This document shows, piece by piece, positions 51,501 to 62,387 of a DNA stretch of 63,085 nt (within the stretch, counting starts at the first letter, position 1; the number at the start of each line of letters is the position of its first letter). A model generated the notes under the pieces. The model did no database searches. It was not told the origin of the DNA and was given only the letters and a program-made list of their open reading frames with translations. The stretch comes from Hydrolagus affinis. Lineage: Eukaryota. Location: positions 1-63,085 of the forward strand of contig JAAILG010001683.1 of NCBI GenBank assembly GCA_012026655.1, given 5' to 3'. The translations under genes were made by a program, and so were the position numbers.

Positions 51501-54500
51501 TGAATTAACAACAACAACAAAATTACATTTATAGAGCGCCTTTCACGACAGGAGGATGTCCCAAGGCACTGAAGTTTTTGAGGTACTACAACAATTTGTT
51601 TAAACACACAGAATGTTTCTGTTGTGCATAGCATTTGAATAATTAATGTTTCTTATGAACCTTTTTTTTTTAAATGTAGTCACAAACCATAGCAACCTTT
51701 GCAGCATTTTTGTCTTTTTATTCTTAACCTAAGCCTTGCTTAATAAGTATTAATAAGTATTGGAGTTTAATGCCATTTCAAAACAGCAAAATAGTTTTAG
51801 TTTACATCTCCACTGCTGCTTCTTTTTTCAACCGTGAACTAAATTTGTGTGTGAGTAGCTGTGGTTTGTTCTTTATCCTAATAATTTACTGGATTCAATT
51901 TTTTTAATATAATCTCACTGTTGTATTTTTTTCAACATCCATTGCAAGGAAACAAACAGAACAAGGAACATACTCTTCAAGATGCTTAAATTGCTGTTTC
52001 TATTGAAGAGCGTATCCAATGCTTTAAAAATGTCATCAAATATTTATGAATAACCTTTTGCCATCAGCCAGATATTGTATCAACTCTTGTATAAGCCATT
52101 CCAGAAATGAATGTGTCCAGCCGATTCCTATATGATTACGTAATCCAGACAACCATGAAATAATATGCTCATTCATCGCCAATCTGTATACTTGGTGAGT
52201 CAGACCCCGTAATGTAGTTGATCTTACAATTTCACAGTTGTCAATGGTTTACATATCTCTCCTTGGGAACTTTCAGAAGACAAAGTCTTCAAGTAATTGC
52301 TCTAATAGAAAAGAGTACACATAACATTTTGGTCATTCATCCCCAGAAACACACGCAGAACATGAAAGGTTGAACGTCTGAATAATAATTGCATGAAATT
52401 AAACGTGATTTCTAATCCCCAACATTTTACACAAAATCTCTGAAAAAATAAACACAAGTGGTAACTACTATTCATATTTCGCATATCTGATTGTCGAGAG
52501 TTGGATCAGAAATCAATTTCCTCTTTTATGCAATTTCAACTGTTTGTAGGCATTCTCCTGATTCCCCACCAACATTTCTGTTTATCCAAGATTTGAGAAC
52601 AAAATAGCTGCTATTTAAGTAAATATTTTGCATGTGTTTTTTTCAGAACTAAAATTTCACTTAATTTCAAAGCACCGCGGTGATAGATATCATGTGGAAT
52701 GTTCCCCCTTTGTTGCCAAACATAGCAAAGTTTGTGTTTGACTTCAGTAAGGTTTATCTGGTTCGAAACCCCTGGTTTGTTAAAACTTAACATTAAGTAG
52801 CATTCTGCAGCAAAAAAAACATAGTTTGGATTTTCAGAAGAAAACAAACATTGTGACTTTTTTGAACTGTAGCACACAGATTTGTTTGATTGTGTGTTGT
52901 TCCAGTTTTCAAAGAAAAAATTTATCTTTCTACCTTGAGGTTACATTTAAGGTATATTTAGGCTAGCGTAAGCAATGATTACATGTAATGGTTATAGGTT
53001 TACTGTAAACTGCAACATTAGCAGTTGAACTTGGTTCCAGGGAGAAAGGAAAGAAGTTGTTACAGGGACATTAAGGTCTATGAATATTTCTTTACTTTTT
53101 TGGACATCTGGAGTATTTCAAGTGAAACAGAAGTACTGTACAAACAAATCTTTCTTTAATTCATGGCAAGGTAAGGAGAGCACAAGTCTGTCTAGACTGA
53201 TACACTGTGAATTTCAGTGGCTTCTAAATGGACGAAAACAACAGCTAATTTGTACACAGCAATGTCCCTTCAAATGCCATGAAATGGGTGACCACTATTA
53301 TTTAGAGGAATGCTGGGCATAGCACCAAAGAGCAATACATTCTCTTTTCAAACAGTGTTACTCAATATTTAACGTTCACTTGTACAGACTGACGGGACCT
53401 GGGTTTTAATGTCTTGTCTGAAGGACATCTTATGTAAAGCAGCATGTAAAGGATGCATTGATAGAAAACATTGATAGACGTACATTGATGGAAAGCAACA
53501 GATGGGACTTTGTGAGAGCAAAGTCCTTTCCAGTCAGAATGGAATCGTGTTTACAGAATCCAGGCCAGTCAGGATTATATTACAAGTACAGAATTTTGTT
53601 TACACTGTGTACGATACACAAACTCCCCAAGAAGCTTCTCCAAATAACGCTTTGTCCCACAAAAATGATCAGCTGGAACTGCCACTCAGGCTTTTCACAT
53701 TCTTTGTTACCAACCATTAAACTCTCGGAGACTCTGTGTCCCCGTGAAATTGTTGTTAAGTGTGCAAGAGAGATCTGGACTGCTGGCCTGCAGATTTTCT
53801 TTCCCTGCCTGACCAAGCTGAGGTCTTGTAATGAATCCATCCACAGGCACCACTCAAAGGGCACACAAGCTGCCTCATTAGTGGAAAGAATGAGCTTTTC
53901 ATTAGTTGAAATAATAATTAATAACATGTTACATTAGTGGAAAAAGAGAGATGCCGTGTGTATCCCACAAAGAAATGCTTGAAATATGGAAAACAATAAT
54001 CTGCTTTATAATAAGTTCATGCTGTAAGACTTCAGCAGTTTATCATAAATATAAATGTGTAACTTATGGAGGAAGTGTTATTTATAGTACTGGACTCATA
54101 TGGGTCTTCAACTTATACAATTTTGATACAGAGGTGAGAGTGCTATCAAATAAGCCAGGCTGATGCCCAATTATTTACATATACATACTGTACATTGATA
54201 AAGCAAATCTTGTTCGACAATGTTGCATTGAACGAAGGTTGGACTCTTCATGGTGAAATCAAAAAAATATTACAGGAGCTATAAATGTGGGTAAATATGG
54301 CATATGAGAAAAATATCTACTCATAGGCAGTCATAGGCACTTGGGATTCCAATATCTACTCATAAGCAGTCATAGGCACTTGGGATTCCAAGAATACAGA
54401 GGGAGCTCTGTTTTATCTGTGCTCATCTGACAAGTAAGTTAACAGTAATTCTTCTGCAATTCTGTAAACTTTCCTACTTACTGGAAATATATGTGTAACA

Positions 54501-57500
54501 ATGGAGAAAAATGTGAATGTGAAACCCAACTAATTTGGGCAAGGAGGGTATACTGCCGAATTATATATATTGTATATTGCCACAAAATATATTGTGAGGG
54601 TATTTTTTCTGTATACATATATGTAGTCATATATGGAGTCCTGTAGCTGAGTGGTAGAGCACTCGACTTACAAGTGTGAGACCTGTGTTCGAATCCAGAC
54701 AGGTCAGGCCAAAACCATGGGCAAGTTTTCTTTCTCCACATGCCTAATAATAATCCATCCAAAAAAAAATAATAAAATTGGTCATTTCAATCCACAACTG
54801 TGGGACACTGCTGTGCTCAATTGGCTGCCACATTTCACACACAAATATACAGTCAATTCACTTTACAGTATATTCTGTGAAGTGCTTTGAGACGTCTAGA
54901 AAACGTGAAAAGTGCTATATCAAATGCAAGGATTATTATTATTATTATTATATGTCTAGAGCCATGGCCAGAATGTGGCGAGCACACACATGGGTGCGAT
55001 TACTCAATGTAGCACCAGATCAAAAGGAATAAAAACAAGTAATAAATCTAAATTAATATTTCAAGTTCTGTCATTTTAATGGTGCTTTGTATTCAATTAA
55101 GGAATTGAGCACTCGCCCATTAATGAATGTAGTCCAAGATTTATAAATCACTGTGCAAATTGTTTCAATTATTTTCCCAAACTGCCTATTTTTAGTTCAT
55201 TCTCCAGTATTTTATTACCGACTTAGAAAAATGTTAAATTTAAGTCATTCCCTTGAAAAACATTCTCATATACATATAAGAAGATAGGTTCAAAAAGTGC
55301 GTCCAATGGATTGTTTGGGTGATGCAACAAAACATATTGTAAATGGAATTCTTGTCTCAGATCACTCATAATTTATAATTAATTCGAAATTCAATTATTG
55401 AACGTTTTAGGATCAGTACCTGGCATTAGACTAAGATGAAGACCTGGACGTTTAATTCATTAATAGATCCCACATTTGACTGGACCGAGAGAGATGCACA
55501 AACAAGAGAGCTGTTATGGTACTACAGATCCCCGGTAAAGGTGTCTATCTTACAAATGGTCACTAAAATATATAAACTGCAAACAACAAATTATATTTGT
55601 ATAATGCCTTTCACGTCAGGAGGTTGTCCCATTGAGGTTGTCCCATTGATTCCCTGACAAGCGTGAGACCTGTGTTCAAATCCAGGCAGGTCTAGGCAAA
55701 ACCTTGGGCAAGTTTCCTCACTCCACATGCCTATATAATAATCCCTCCAAAAAAAATTGGTCATTTCAATCCACTACTGTTTGTGGGACACTGCTCTGTG
55801 TAATTGGCTGCCGCATTTCACCCACAAATATACAGTCAATTCACTTTACAGTATATTCTGTGAAGCACTTCTGTGAAGTCTGGAAGACATGAAAAGCACT
55901 ATATCAAATGCAAGGATTATTATTATTATTTATTTTTATTATTTGGACCTGAGCTGGGAATTGGGATCAGGAGTAGTGGAGGGCCAGGGAGGTTTGGGAT
56001 AGGAGGCCCACCGAAGGCACGGTCGAAGAGGAGGGACTCGGAACAGAACTTTAAACGTGGTGACGTGCACCATTTTCATTCCTTTATTTTCTACTTGGAA
56101 ATTTTATACCACTACATTTTGATTCCTTTGATTACCTTGAATAATATAACCATGGTTGTGACAAAATACCAAGTACAGGTTATATTTAGAGGTCATTTTT
56201 CTAACAGTATGCATCAACCAGACATGATTTTCAGTTAAATCAGCAAAAACTGCAGTATAACAGTTTATTAGTCTGATTCACATTACAGGAAATACTTTGA
56301 GACGCCTTCTAGGATGCAATCTCCAGCTGCTTTTTAAAAGTTAAAATGTTCCTGAGCATTCCACTAAAACCTCAAATTTTTTTAAGACAGCAGGCAATCC
56401 CACCATGGCTTTAAAATTTTAAACGAAATAGTATTTGGGTGTTAGATATATGCACTACTTTGCTTAGACATTCCTTGCTATTGACTGACATTCACTAATC
56501 ATTTAACAACAAACAATTTAACTACTGATCATCAAATCATATGATATTTCATGACAGAAGATCATCATAACTGGATCGTCTTATCCCAGTCACTTGGAAT
56601 TTCTCTTTGGCTCCAATATCTATTTTATACTGGAATGCGCTAAATCCTATAGCAGTACTCCCAACTGCAGCCAAACTAATGTTTTATAAGAAGGGCTAAG
56701 AGTACACATTTATTGGCTATTACATTCCTTTTTAAGCAAATGTTGGAGAGAATAAAGCCCTTAATTAAAAGTATATTGTTCTTTCAACATCTCCAAATGG
56801 GACAGAGTTTCAAGATTGGTCTCTTTCACCCCAGTGTTAAGACTTGATTTCTGCATTCATTATATTTGATGATGTCTCAAAGTGCTTCATGGCTGCATGA
56901 TTGGACACCAAATTAGGAGGAAGGCAGATGAGTATGTGGATGGTCGAAGAGTTGGGTTTTAATGTGGGGTTGAAAAATAGAAAACTATTTTGTCCATTTG
57001 TCCACTGGAGCGAATTCTAACCCAACATTCCTTTCCAGTAGCTATTTTCCACTGGATTAAAATTCTGTGATCCAGTGGAATGATTGGCCCAGATGTTTGT
57101 GTGAAGTCAGGTAGACCTGGAAACTTTCAGAAACACTTATTTTCAATCTGGCATACACACACAGTGTCCCAGTTGCTCAAGGCAGGCGAGACCCTGGCAG
57201 TTTCCCCTATAGTGTTCACAGCACTAAATCAATCTTGCATGTTCTGACAAAGGAAGTTGAACAAAACTTTCCATGCAAGTAAGTTGAAGTCATAAGCCTG
57301 AAAAGAATTTTCAACAAAGACTTTTTATTAAATAGTAAGTGTTTTGGCATATGAAATGTAGTTTTATAATCAACCATGAGGCACATAAATTGCTTTTGTT
57401 GCAACCAGATGTATTGCTTTATATAGATTTAACAAAATCTATTTTTTAAAATACTAACGCTTTTATCACGAATTAGGGTGCAATTTAAGAATCAATTCGT

Positions 57501-60500
57501 TAATTGACTGCAAATCTGATTCAGAAGGATGGTGATTAAAATGATGTGGGCAGAAAATTCCGCTCTGAATAGTTGCAAACCTTGGCATGTGCGCTTTTAT
57601 AGTAATGAGGAAAACTCATTGAATTACACCCATTACCACGGTTAGTAATTTTCCCAACCAGTAGAATATCACCCTATCATTTTATATACCTTTTGTCATT
57701 GATTATATAGCTAGAGGCATTATACTTAGGATGTATCCTGATTTTTCATTTTCAATTGGATCAGTATTGGCCATGGAACAAGAAGGGTCTGTGTATTCAA
57801 TCTAATTTAAAAAAATGATTAGATTCTGAAATGGCTGTGTTAATTTTGGTGTTAATTTTCCATCACAATATTTTTGGAAGACAAAGTCCAAAATTTTATT
57901 GTGTATTAAAAAAAATGAACACCTGTACATTACATTAACTCACAAGAAGGTTACGTTGATAAGCTTAGTTGAAGATCGCCAGGAAGAAGGCTCAATGTGG
58001 AGCATAAACGCCGGCATAGACCAGTTGGGTTGAATGGCCTGTTTCTGTGCTGTAAATGCAATTCTATGCAAGTATCAATGATAAAAAAAAATTTAAATGA
58101 CTTCATGTTTGTAAAACGTAATCAAAGAATTATGTTTGGATGTCACCAATTAGTAGATAGACCAAACTGTCTGTAAGTTCCTGAGCCTTGGGGAAATTTC
58201 CCAAGTTGTCAATCAAGCAAAAAAATGAATGGGACTATGTATACTCACGGATGAATATGCATCTGACCCTCTAAAATATCACCGTGTTTGTGCATTTAAC
58301 CATAACATGGTTTGTTTAATTAAGTAGCAGAGAGAGACTTTAAATCAACAAATTTGGTACACCCTGAAAACATAACGGCTTTTGATTTCATCAGCAGACT
58401 GACAGGAACTTAATCGCTTGAGTGCACAACCAATGTTCCAACCAAATATTATACACCTTTTTCCCCAAACTGGCTGGTATCAGATTAAACTCGGCATGTT
58501 TTCTATATTACAAAAGTAAGCAAACCAGTCACTTTCTTCCTCATCTCCAACAAATATTTTAAAATCTTTTCACATACAGTATGTTTAAAAAGTTGCAGTC
58601 ATAAACAGCAGTGAGTTTGTTTATTGCACAGTACCCACTGCTGATAGTTTCCAGTGTCCTTTTCACGCCACATTTTCTAAAAGCTCTTTTTTTAAAAGAG
58701 TGTTATTTTGTTTTATTTACGATTTGAAACTGATTTATTTGAGAAAGGATATTGATAATAATAATATTCCTTTGCTTGTACTTTGCCCCTTAAACTGGGA
58801 GTCAACAACTCTGTAATGTCTTGCATCATCTCAGACGAGGATGTTACTTTTGATAAGATTCACAAGGTTTCTGATGAAGACGGGAAAGAAAGCTAAGTGA
58901 AACAATCTCCCGTGAGCGTGTAGATATCGTATAGAAACGCCTTGCTGTCGAAGAGTCTCCGCGCAATTGTTTATACAGAGAACACATTGGTGATTCAGTT
59001 GGAAATGATGTATTGAAGTCAGAAATAAAAATAATAAATATCTTGGAGACTGTGTGGCCAAAAATAGTTTATTTTTTACTATTGGGACTTCGGATCAAAT
59101 CCGGCACAGACTAAGGGATGAATGTCTCCACTCTCCAGTGGCGATAGAATTCCTAAATGAAGTAAAATTTGGGCTCGTTCAACACGGCCAAGTCCTAATT
59201 GGCACAAGTCCGTGGTACAAAAATGCTTGTAAGCAGCAATAATTAGTGATAAATTGCCTGTCTCAATCTGCGATGTACGTTTGAGAAATAAAATGTATTG
59301 CCTCAAAGCAGCAGGGGAAGCAATTCTGAATGTGGGTTAGAATAAACTGTTGAAGAAAATAAGGGTTCCTGAATTTTCGCATCCAGCTCCCGATGTTAGC
59401 TAAGCTGAAAGCACTGTATACTCCTCAGTCTCAAAACAGGTACATTCCCCAGTCTCGACCTCAGTAACTTTAACGAGCCCTAACATCAAAACACTGAAAT
59501 GTTATACTCAGAAATAAAAATTGTTTTACAGGACAATTTATTGGGTGGATCAGTTATACTGTGTGCTGATATGGACCAGACCATTTTGCAAAGAAATCTA
59601 CGGGGCTACATAATAAATACAGGGTAAATGTAATATGCTATAATAAATTAAGTAGAGAATAATACAATTCTCTACTTAATACTTTTCCTTATGTGGCAAA
59701 ATAATGAAAACAATTTACCCTATAACAATTCTACAAACTAGTGCTGGAGCACATGCAATAATAGTAAATATAAGTTATACATGATAGATTTCCAATATGG
59801 GTTATAGAAATAATGTGCAAAAGGTTTCAGTAAAGCTGATATGAACTCGATGGCTTTGAAAGAAAGGAAGATATTTATCTGCGCAGTAATAATTGGAATG
59901 ACTCAGGAAGGAGGTAGAGATGTGTGAACTACAGCAGCTATCATTATTGTTTCTAATGGGTTGTAAGGGAATTAATTTACATAAAGTGCTCTGCCATCTT
60001 GAATTACATGGTCTATTGGGTTGGGAGTGAACTCTGGTGAAATACGCTTGTTTAAGTTAAACATCAGAATGAAGGTCACATCTTCATTCTGAATTGAATC
60101 CAATGTTCTATCACCAAAAGTGCTGTTAAAAAAAAACATCTAGTTTCATTCTTTACAACATCAGTCAATGCTCTGTATTCATTCCTTACTTACTGTCATA
60201 AATGTAATAAGAATTATAACTGGAACAGCTCAAAAATCTTGTGCCAATTACAAACCTTGAACTTTATCCTTCAGAGTGGGACTGGTCGTCTGAAATTACA
60301 TTGTCTGTGATTTACATTCTCTTTACAGTCTATAAATAGAACAAATTGATATACAAGATCCTCTCGATGGAATATAGCCACTGCAAACATGTTTTACATC
60401 CACTGGATACTTACATTTCAGTAATTACAGTATGTGAAAACCAGACATATTTACATTGTATAAACACAACATACAGCTAATTTAAACCTTCAAATGAAAA

Positions 60501-62255
60501 TACATTTGGAATAATTATTTGGGGCTGCTAAATTCTTAGCAACTAACTAATCAAAATACCAACTCATTGGAAATTAGGATCCTGGCCCACATAATATACT
60601 GTTGACACTGCCAGCCCAATTTTGTGCAAAATAACATGTCTAACTAACAAGCAAGATATAGCAAAAGTAGCAACTTCTGTTGATGCAGTATGAAAAACGT
60701 TTAATGTCACTGGAAGCAATATTCTGTTACTAAATTCACTGGACAGTGAGTTTAAAAGATCCCAATTTGGGCTCTTGGCAAGATTGCTAGCAACTAAACT
60801 AAGCTGACATCTTATTATGTACATGCAAATTTATGTTAAATGTCTCTCTCTTGACCCTTACATTTGATTGTCAATATATATTTTCATATGTATATATATA
60901 ATATTGTGCTATAATAATAATCAAATGTAAGAGAGCGATAGATCAATAAACCGATTCAGGGCAGACACTATGTATGAAATTATTCACGATTTAGCAATTA
61001 CATTCTTACCTGTTAAAAACAAGTCTTCTTGCAATTTTTCTCTTCTTGATTTGGCAAAACATCTTTGCTTCAACCAATCTGCATTAAATTCACTGATGTG
61101 TTGGTCAGGCCAGGTGACTGAAATCTGGAGGTAAAGATCATCATTGCGGACTTAAAAAGTTGCAGTCAGTCAACCTGTCTGTTTACTTGTAAGCGCAATA
61201 AGAACTAAATTATTATTCGTAATGGCAAATGCTTCAATTATTATGAAAATAAAAACAAAGTAGCTCAGCATATTTAAGAAATGTTATCATTCCATTAGAT
61301 ATTTGGGGAGAGGACAAGTTTACAGGGCTATGTATGTGGAGAGAGTGGGGGAATGGGATTAATTTGGATAGTTCTTTCAACGAGACATGATGGGCCGAAT
61401 AGCCTCCTTCTGTGCTGTATAATTCTATGATTGTATTCTAATTCGCACAACACTAGCTCAAAAGGTCAGGGTGTGGATTTATATTGTGTTCACACACACA
61501 AATACTGCTGAGCTCAATTGATCCATCACAGCAAATGACTGAGTGGAACTAAGGAACAATCCACTCCCAAATTTGCAACCTTGTTATTCTGAATGAGATG
61601 GAAGTGATGAAGAACCAACAATTTTCAAACTGGTATTTTTACATTACATTCAGTAAAGTTTTCAAGCAATTGTAATACAGTATTTCATCATCATCTTAAC
61701 ATCTAAACCAAAATGCAGAAAACAAAAACAGAGGACAGCTTCGTAAACAGTCCTTTATTGAAAGATAACAATGTGAGGGGTGGGGGGGAATGGTTTGATT
61801 AATCTGAGTAAACACTACTATTGTTAGTATAATTTAAAAGCATTATTGTAAAGACTAGGAATTTTTGATAGTCAAAATACCTTTGCTGAATTGGTTAGGG
61901 TAACTTTCTCTGCAACCACATTCACATCCAGATCTGCAAGGGTAATCTTCCGTGCTTTGGCGGAATGCAAAAAGCACTGGGAACATTGGCAATTATCCCT
62001 TAACCACACGTAAGGATACAGACTTCCGCTTCCATCTTCCCAACGGACCTTGATGCATCGATCTTCATCATCGGCCTCCACTTTCATGATAGGTTGAATC
62101 GTTGCATTCACTTTCAAAGCTGAGGATGTATGTGGTCTGCAGCCTTGAAAAGGATGAGTGAGCGCTTTCTGTGGAGTCTCTAAGCTTCGGAAAAAAGCAT
62201 GTAGGTTTCTCCTACCATAGAACAATCTAGCTGTTTTGATGACTGATCTCCACAT
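23408..62255 (-). CDS. BBOX1: Gamma-butyrobetaine dioxygenase, spliced CDS join(62255..61881,61124..61010,44046..43848,35908..35803,26786..26590,24664..24498,23571..23408), 440 aa
   Basis: Seven exons joined by GT-AG introns give one uninterrupted 1323-nt frame. Motifs: [15 protein letters not shown] and WPDQH (Zn site), SLHTDYP (HxD), [10 protein letters not shown] (distal His), [11 protein letters not shown]. Exon boundaries fall where I recall them in vertebrate BBOX1. Confidence 0.95.
23577..23697 (-). mobile_element. Retroposon family B abutting the last BBOX1 splice acceptor
   Basis: Well-conserved core; the (TTG)n tail runs directly into ttcacag|exon 7. Confidence 0.88.
24196..24391 (-). 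mobile_element. SINE family A, 5'-truncated, in BBOX1 intron 6
   Basis: Body and tail match other copies. Confidence 0.85.
24498..24664 (-). CDS. BBOX1: BBOX1 coding exon 6 (167 nt, [19 protein letters not shown]...TFKMEA)
   Basis: Acceptor tttttgcacag|, donor CAG|GTGAGG. Lies within ORF 24418..24690. Confidence 0.95.
25358..25375 (+). promoter_or_regulatory. Candidate CTCF-binding site in BBOX1 intron 5
   Basis: tgCCACCAGATGGCAGta matches the CTCF core consensus CCACYAGRKGGCRS. Confidence 0.55.
26590..26786 (-). CDS. BBOX1: BBOX1 coding exon 5 (197 nt, LQFLHCIKQ...[12 protein letters not shown])
   Basis: Acceptor ttgtgtttgcag|, donor AGA|GTAGGT. Lies within ORF 26586..26798. Confidence 0.95.
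28130..28312 (-). mobile_element. CR1 LINE 3' end
   Basis: Minus strand reads tgtctgaaagggtggtgga...ggctatgggaaaagagttgggg...atgggccaaatggcttccttc. Confidence 0.75.
28365..28577 (-). mobile_element. SINE family A, 5'-truncated
   Basis: Body and (TAT)n tail match other copies. Confidence 0.85.
28889..28997 (-). mobile_element. SINE family A, 3' fragment
   Basis: Match to the 3' stem-loop region. Confidence 0.75.
32384..32662 (-). mobile_element. SINE family A, near full length
   Basis: Head TGTAGCTCAGTGGTTAGAG...GGTTCAATTCC, plus body and tail. Confidence 0.88.
33711..33811 (-). mobile_element. SINE family A, head only (tRNA-like Pol III promoter)
   Basis: TAGCTCAGTGG A box and GGTTCGATTCC B box, running into SINE body ttgggcaattttccttactccacacg. 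Confidence 0.85.
35803..35908 (-). CDS. BBOX1: BBOX1 coding exon 4 (106 nt, [35 protein letters not shown]), carries the HxD iron ligands
   Basis: Acceptor tttaag|, donor GGG|GTAAGA. Strong motif match; not in the ORF track. Confidence 0.95.
36481..36590 (+). mobile_element. Retroposon family B 3' end with the tail replaced by a (GATT)n microsatellite
   Basis: cagcgccatgggacgtcctctcgacgtgaaaggcactatataaa followed by a GATT/GGTT array. Confidence 0.75.
38117..38902. mobile_element. Non-autonomous Tc1/mariner (pogo/Tigger-like) DNA transposon or MITE, 786 bp
   Basis: Perfect 21-bp TIRs CAGTAGAAGCCCGTTTATCCG (38117-38137 and 38882-38902), TA on both flanks, no transposase ORF. Confidence 0.9.
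39405..39514 (+). mobile_element. Retroposon family B
   Basis: cagctcgggtctgaagcagtaactgtccagcaccttaggacgtccccctgacgtgaaaggcgctatac...ttgttgttg. Confidence 0.85.
41371..41498 (-). mobile_element. SINE family A, 3' part
   Basis: Tail and 3' body match. Confidence 0.8.
42003..42059. repeat. Minisatellite, 3 x 19 bp TTATTTGAACTAAATGTTA
   Basis: Three perfect tandem copies; a partial fourth copy at 42101-42116. Confidence 0.95.
42887..42942 (-). mobile_element. Retroposon family B, 3' fragment
   Basis: caacaacaaattacatttatagagcgcctttcacgtcgggaggacgtcc. Confidence 0.8.
42952..43008 (-). mobile_element. tRNA-derived head of an older SINE
   Basis: Minus strand tcagcctagctcatctggtagcattctagagtcagaagattgtgggttcg has A/B-box-like segments. 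Confidence 0.45.
43317..43472 (-). mobile_element. SINE family A, 3' part
   Basis: Tail and 3' body match. Confidence 0.85.
43848..44046 (-). CDS. BBOX1: BBOX1 coding exon 3 (199 nt, [12 protein letters not shown]...[10 protein letters not shown])
   Basis: Acceptor cttttgttttacag|, donor TGG|GTAGGT. Phases match both neighbours. This frame is not in the ORF track. Confidence 0.95.
44256..44506 (-). mobile_element. SINE family A, internally deleted
   Basis: Head, partial body and tail match. Confidence 0.85.
46016..46296 (+). mobile_element. SINE family A, with a 14-bp tandem duplication in the head
   Basis: GTGGCTCAGTGGTTAGAGC head, caagctggggaga x2, (TAT)n tail. Confidence 0.88.
47988..48292 (-). 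mobile_element. SINE family A, full length
   Basis: Head, body and tail all present. Confidence 0.9.
51507..51572 (-). mobile_element. Retroposon family B, 3' fragment
   Basis: (CAA)n tail plus core. Confidence 0.8.
53225..53435 (-). mobile_element. Old Deu-domain SINE relic (SacSINE1/AmnSINE1-like)
   Basis: Minus strand ccttcagacaagacattaaaacccaggtcccgtc...gtgaacgttaaa...tttgaaaagag...gggacattgctgtgtacaaattagctg resembles the Deu domain as I recall it; not database-checked. Confidence 0.55.
54312..54389. repeat. Tandem duplication, 2 x 39 bp
   Basis: aatatctactcata(g/a)gcagtcataggcacttgggattcc twice, one mismatch. Confidence 0.95.
54638..54950 (+). mobile_element. SINE family A, full length
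   Basis: GTCCTGTAGCTGAGTGGTAGAGC...GTTCGAATCC head, body and (TAT)n tail. Confidence 0.9.
55582..55631 (-). mobile_element. Retroposon family B, 3' fragment
   Basis: gcctttcacgtcaggaggttgtccca. Confidence 0.7.
55652..55930 (+). mobile_element. SINE family A, lacking the A box
   Basis: B-box region, body and tail match. Confidence 0.85.
57985..58068 (+). mobile_element. CR1-related 3' tail fragment
   Basis: gtggagcataaacgccggcatagaccagttgggttgaatggcctgtttctgtgctgtaa...ttctatg. Confidence 0.7.
61010..61124 (-). CDS. BBOX1: BBOX1 coding exon 2 (115 nt, [23 protein letters not shown]...LQEDLFLT)
   Basis: Acceptor tttacctccag|, donor CAG|GTAAGA. Translated by hand; not in the ORF track. Confidence 0.95.
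61295..61432 (+). mobile_element. CR1 LINE 3' end in BBOX1 intron 1
   Basis: atgatgggccgaatagcctccttctgtgctgtataattctatgatt. Confidence 0.75.
61881..62255 (-). CDS. BBOX1: BBOX1 coding exon 1 (125 codons, MWRSVIK...TLTNSAK)
   Basis: First in-frame ATG after an upstream in-frame TAG (the ORF-track start at 62291 is GTG). Contains [19 protein letters not shown]. Donor AAG|GTATTT, phase 0. Confidence 0.93.
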
Positions 62256-62387
62256 TTTTTCGAACTTTTTGTTGAAATATTTCCAGTACACTTGCCACCA
62301 ACAATGAACTTCCTCTGCAGCCTAGACAATATTCCGAAGTTGTTTTGTGGAAACCGAATTCTCCAAGCTCAGCGTTCAACGGTGTTT
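62256..62387 (-). other. BBOX1: Probable 5' UTR part of BBOX1 coding exon 1; implies a non-coding first exon further upstream, not located
   Basis: Acceptor-like ccttcactgtttttactag| precedes 62387; no ATG between it and 62255. Confidence 0.5.

Noticed and set aside
53458-53937. Longest ORF in the track (159 aa)
   Set aside because: Non-ATG start, antisense within a BBOX1 intron, no recognisable domain.
54638-54712. tRNA genes at SINE heads (also ~13260-13327, 32600-32662, 46016-46090)
   Set aside because: They lack a proper acceptor stem and run straight into the repeated SINE body.
54778-55032. Recurring ORFs with ...[17 protein letters not shown]...YIKCKDYYY (also 15073, 28364, 43308, 47955, 55704)
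   Set aside because: These are translations of SINE family A, not a protein family.
61455-61468. AGCTCA-aa-AGGTCA as a PPAR element
   Set aside because: Spacing is DR2 rather than DR1, with a mismatch; insufficient alone.
62256-62291. ORF-track N-terminus MYWKYFNKKFEK for BBOX1
   Set aside because: It starts at GTG; the first ATG is at 62255.
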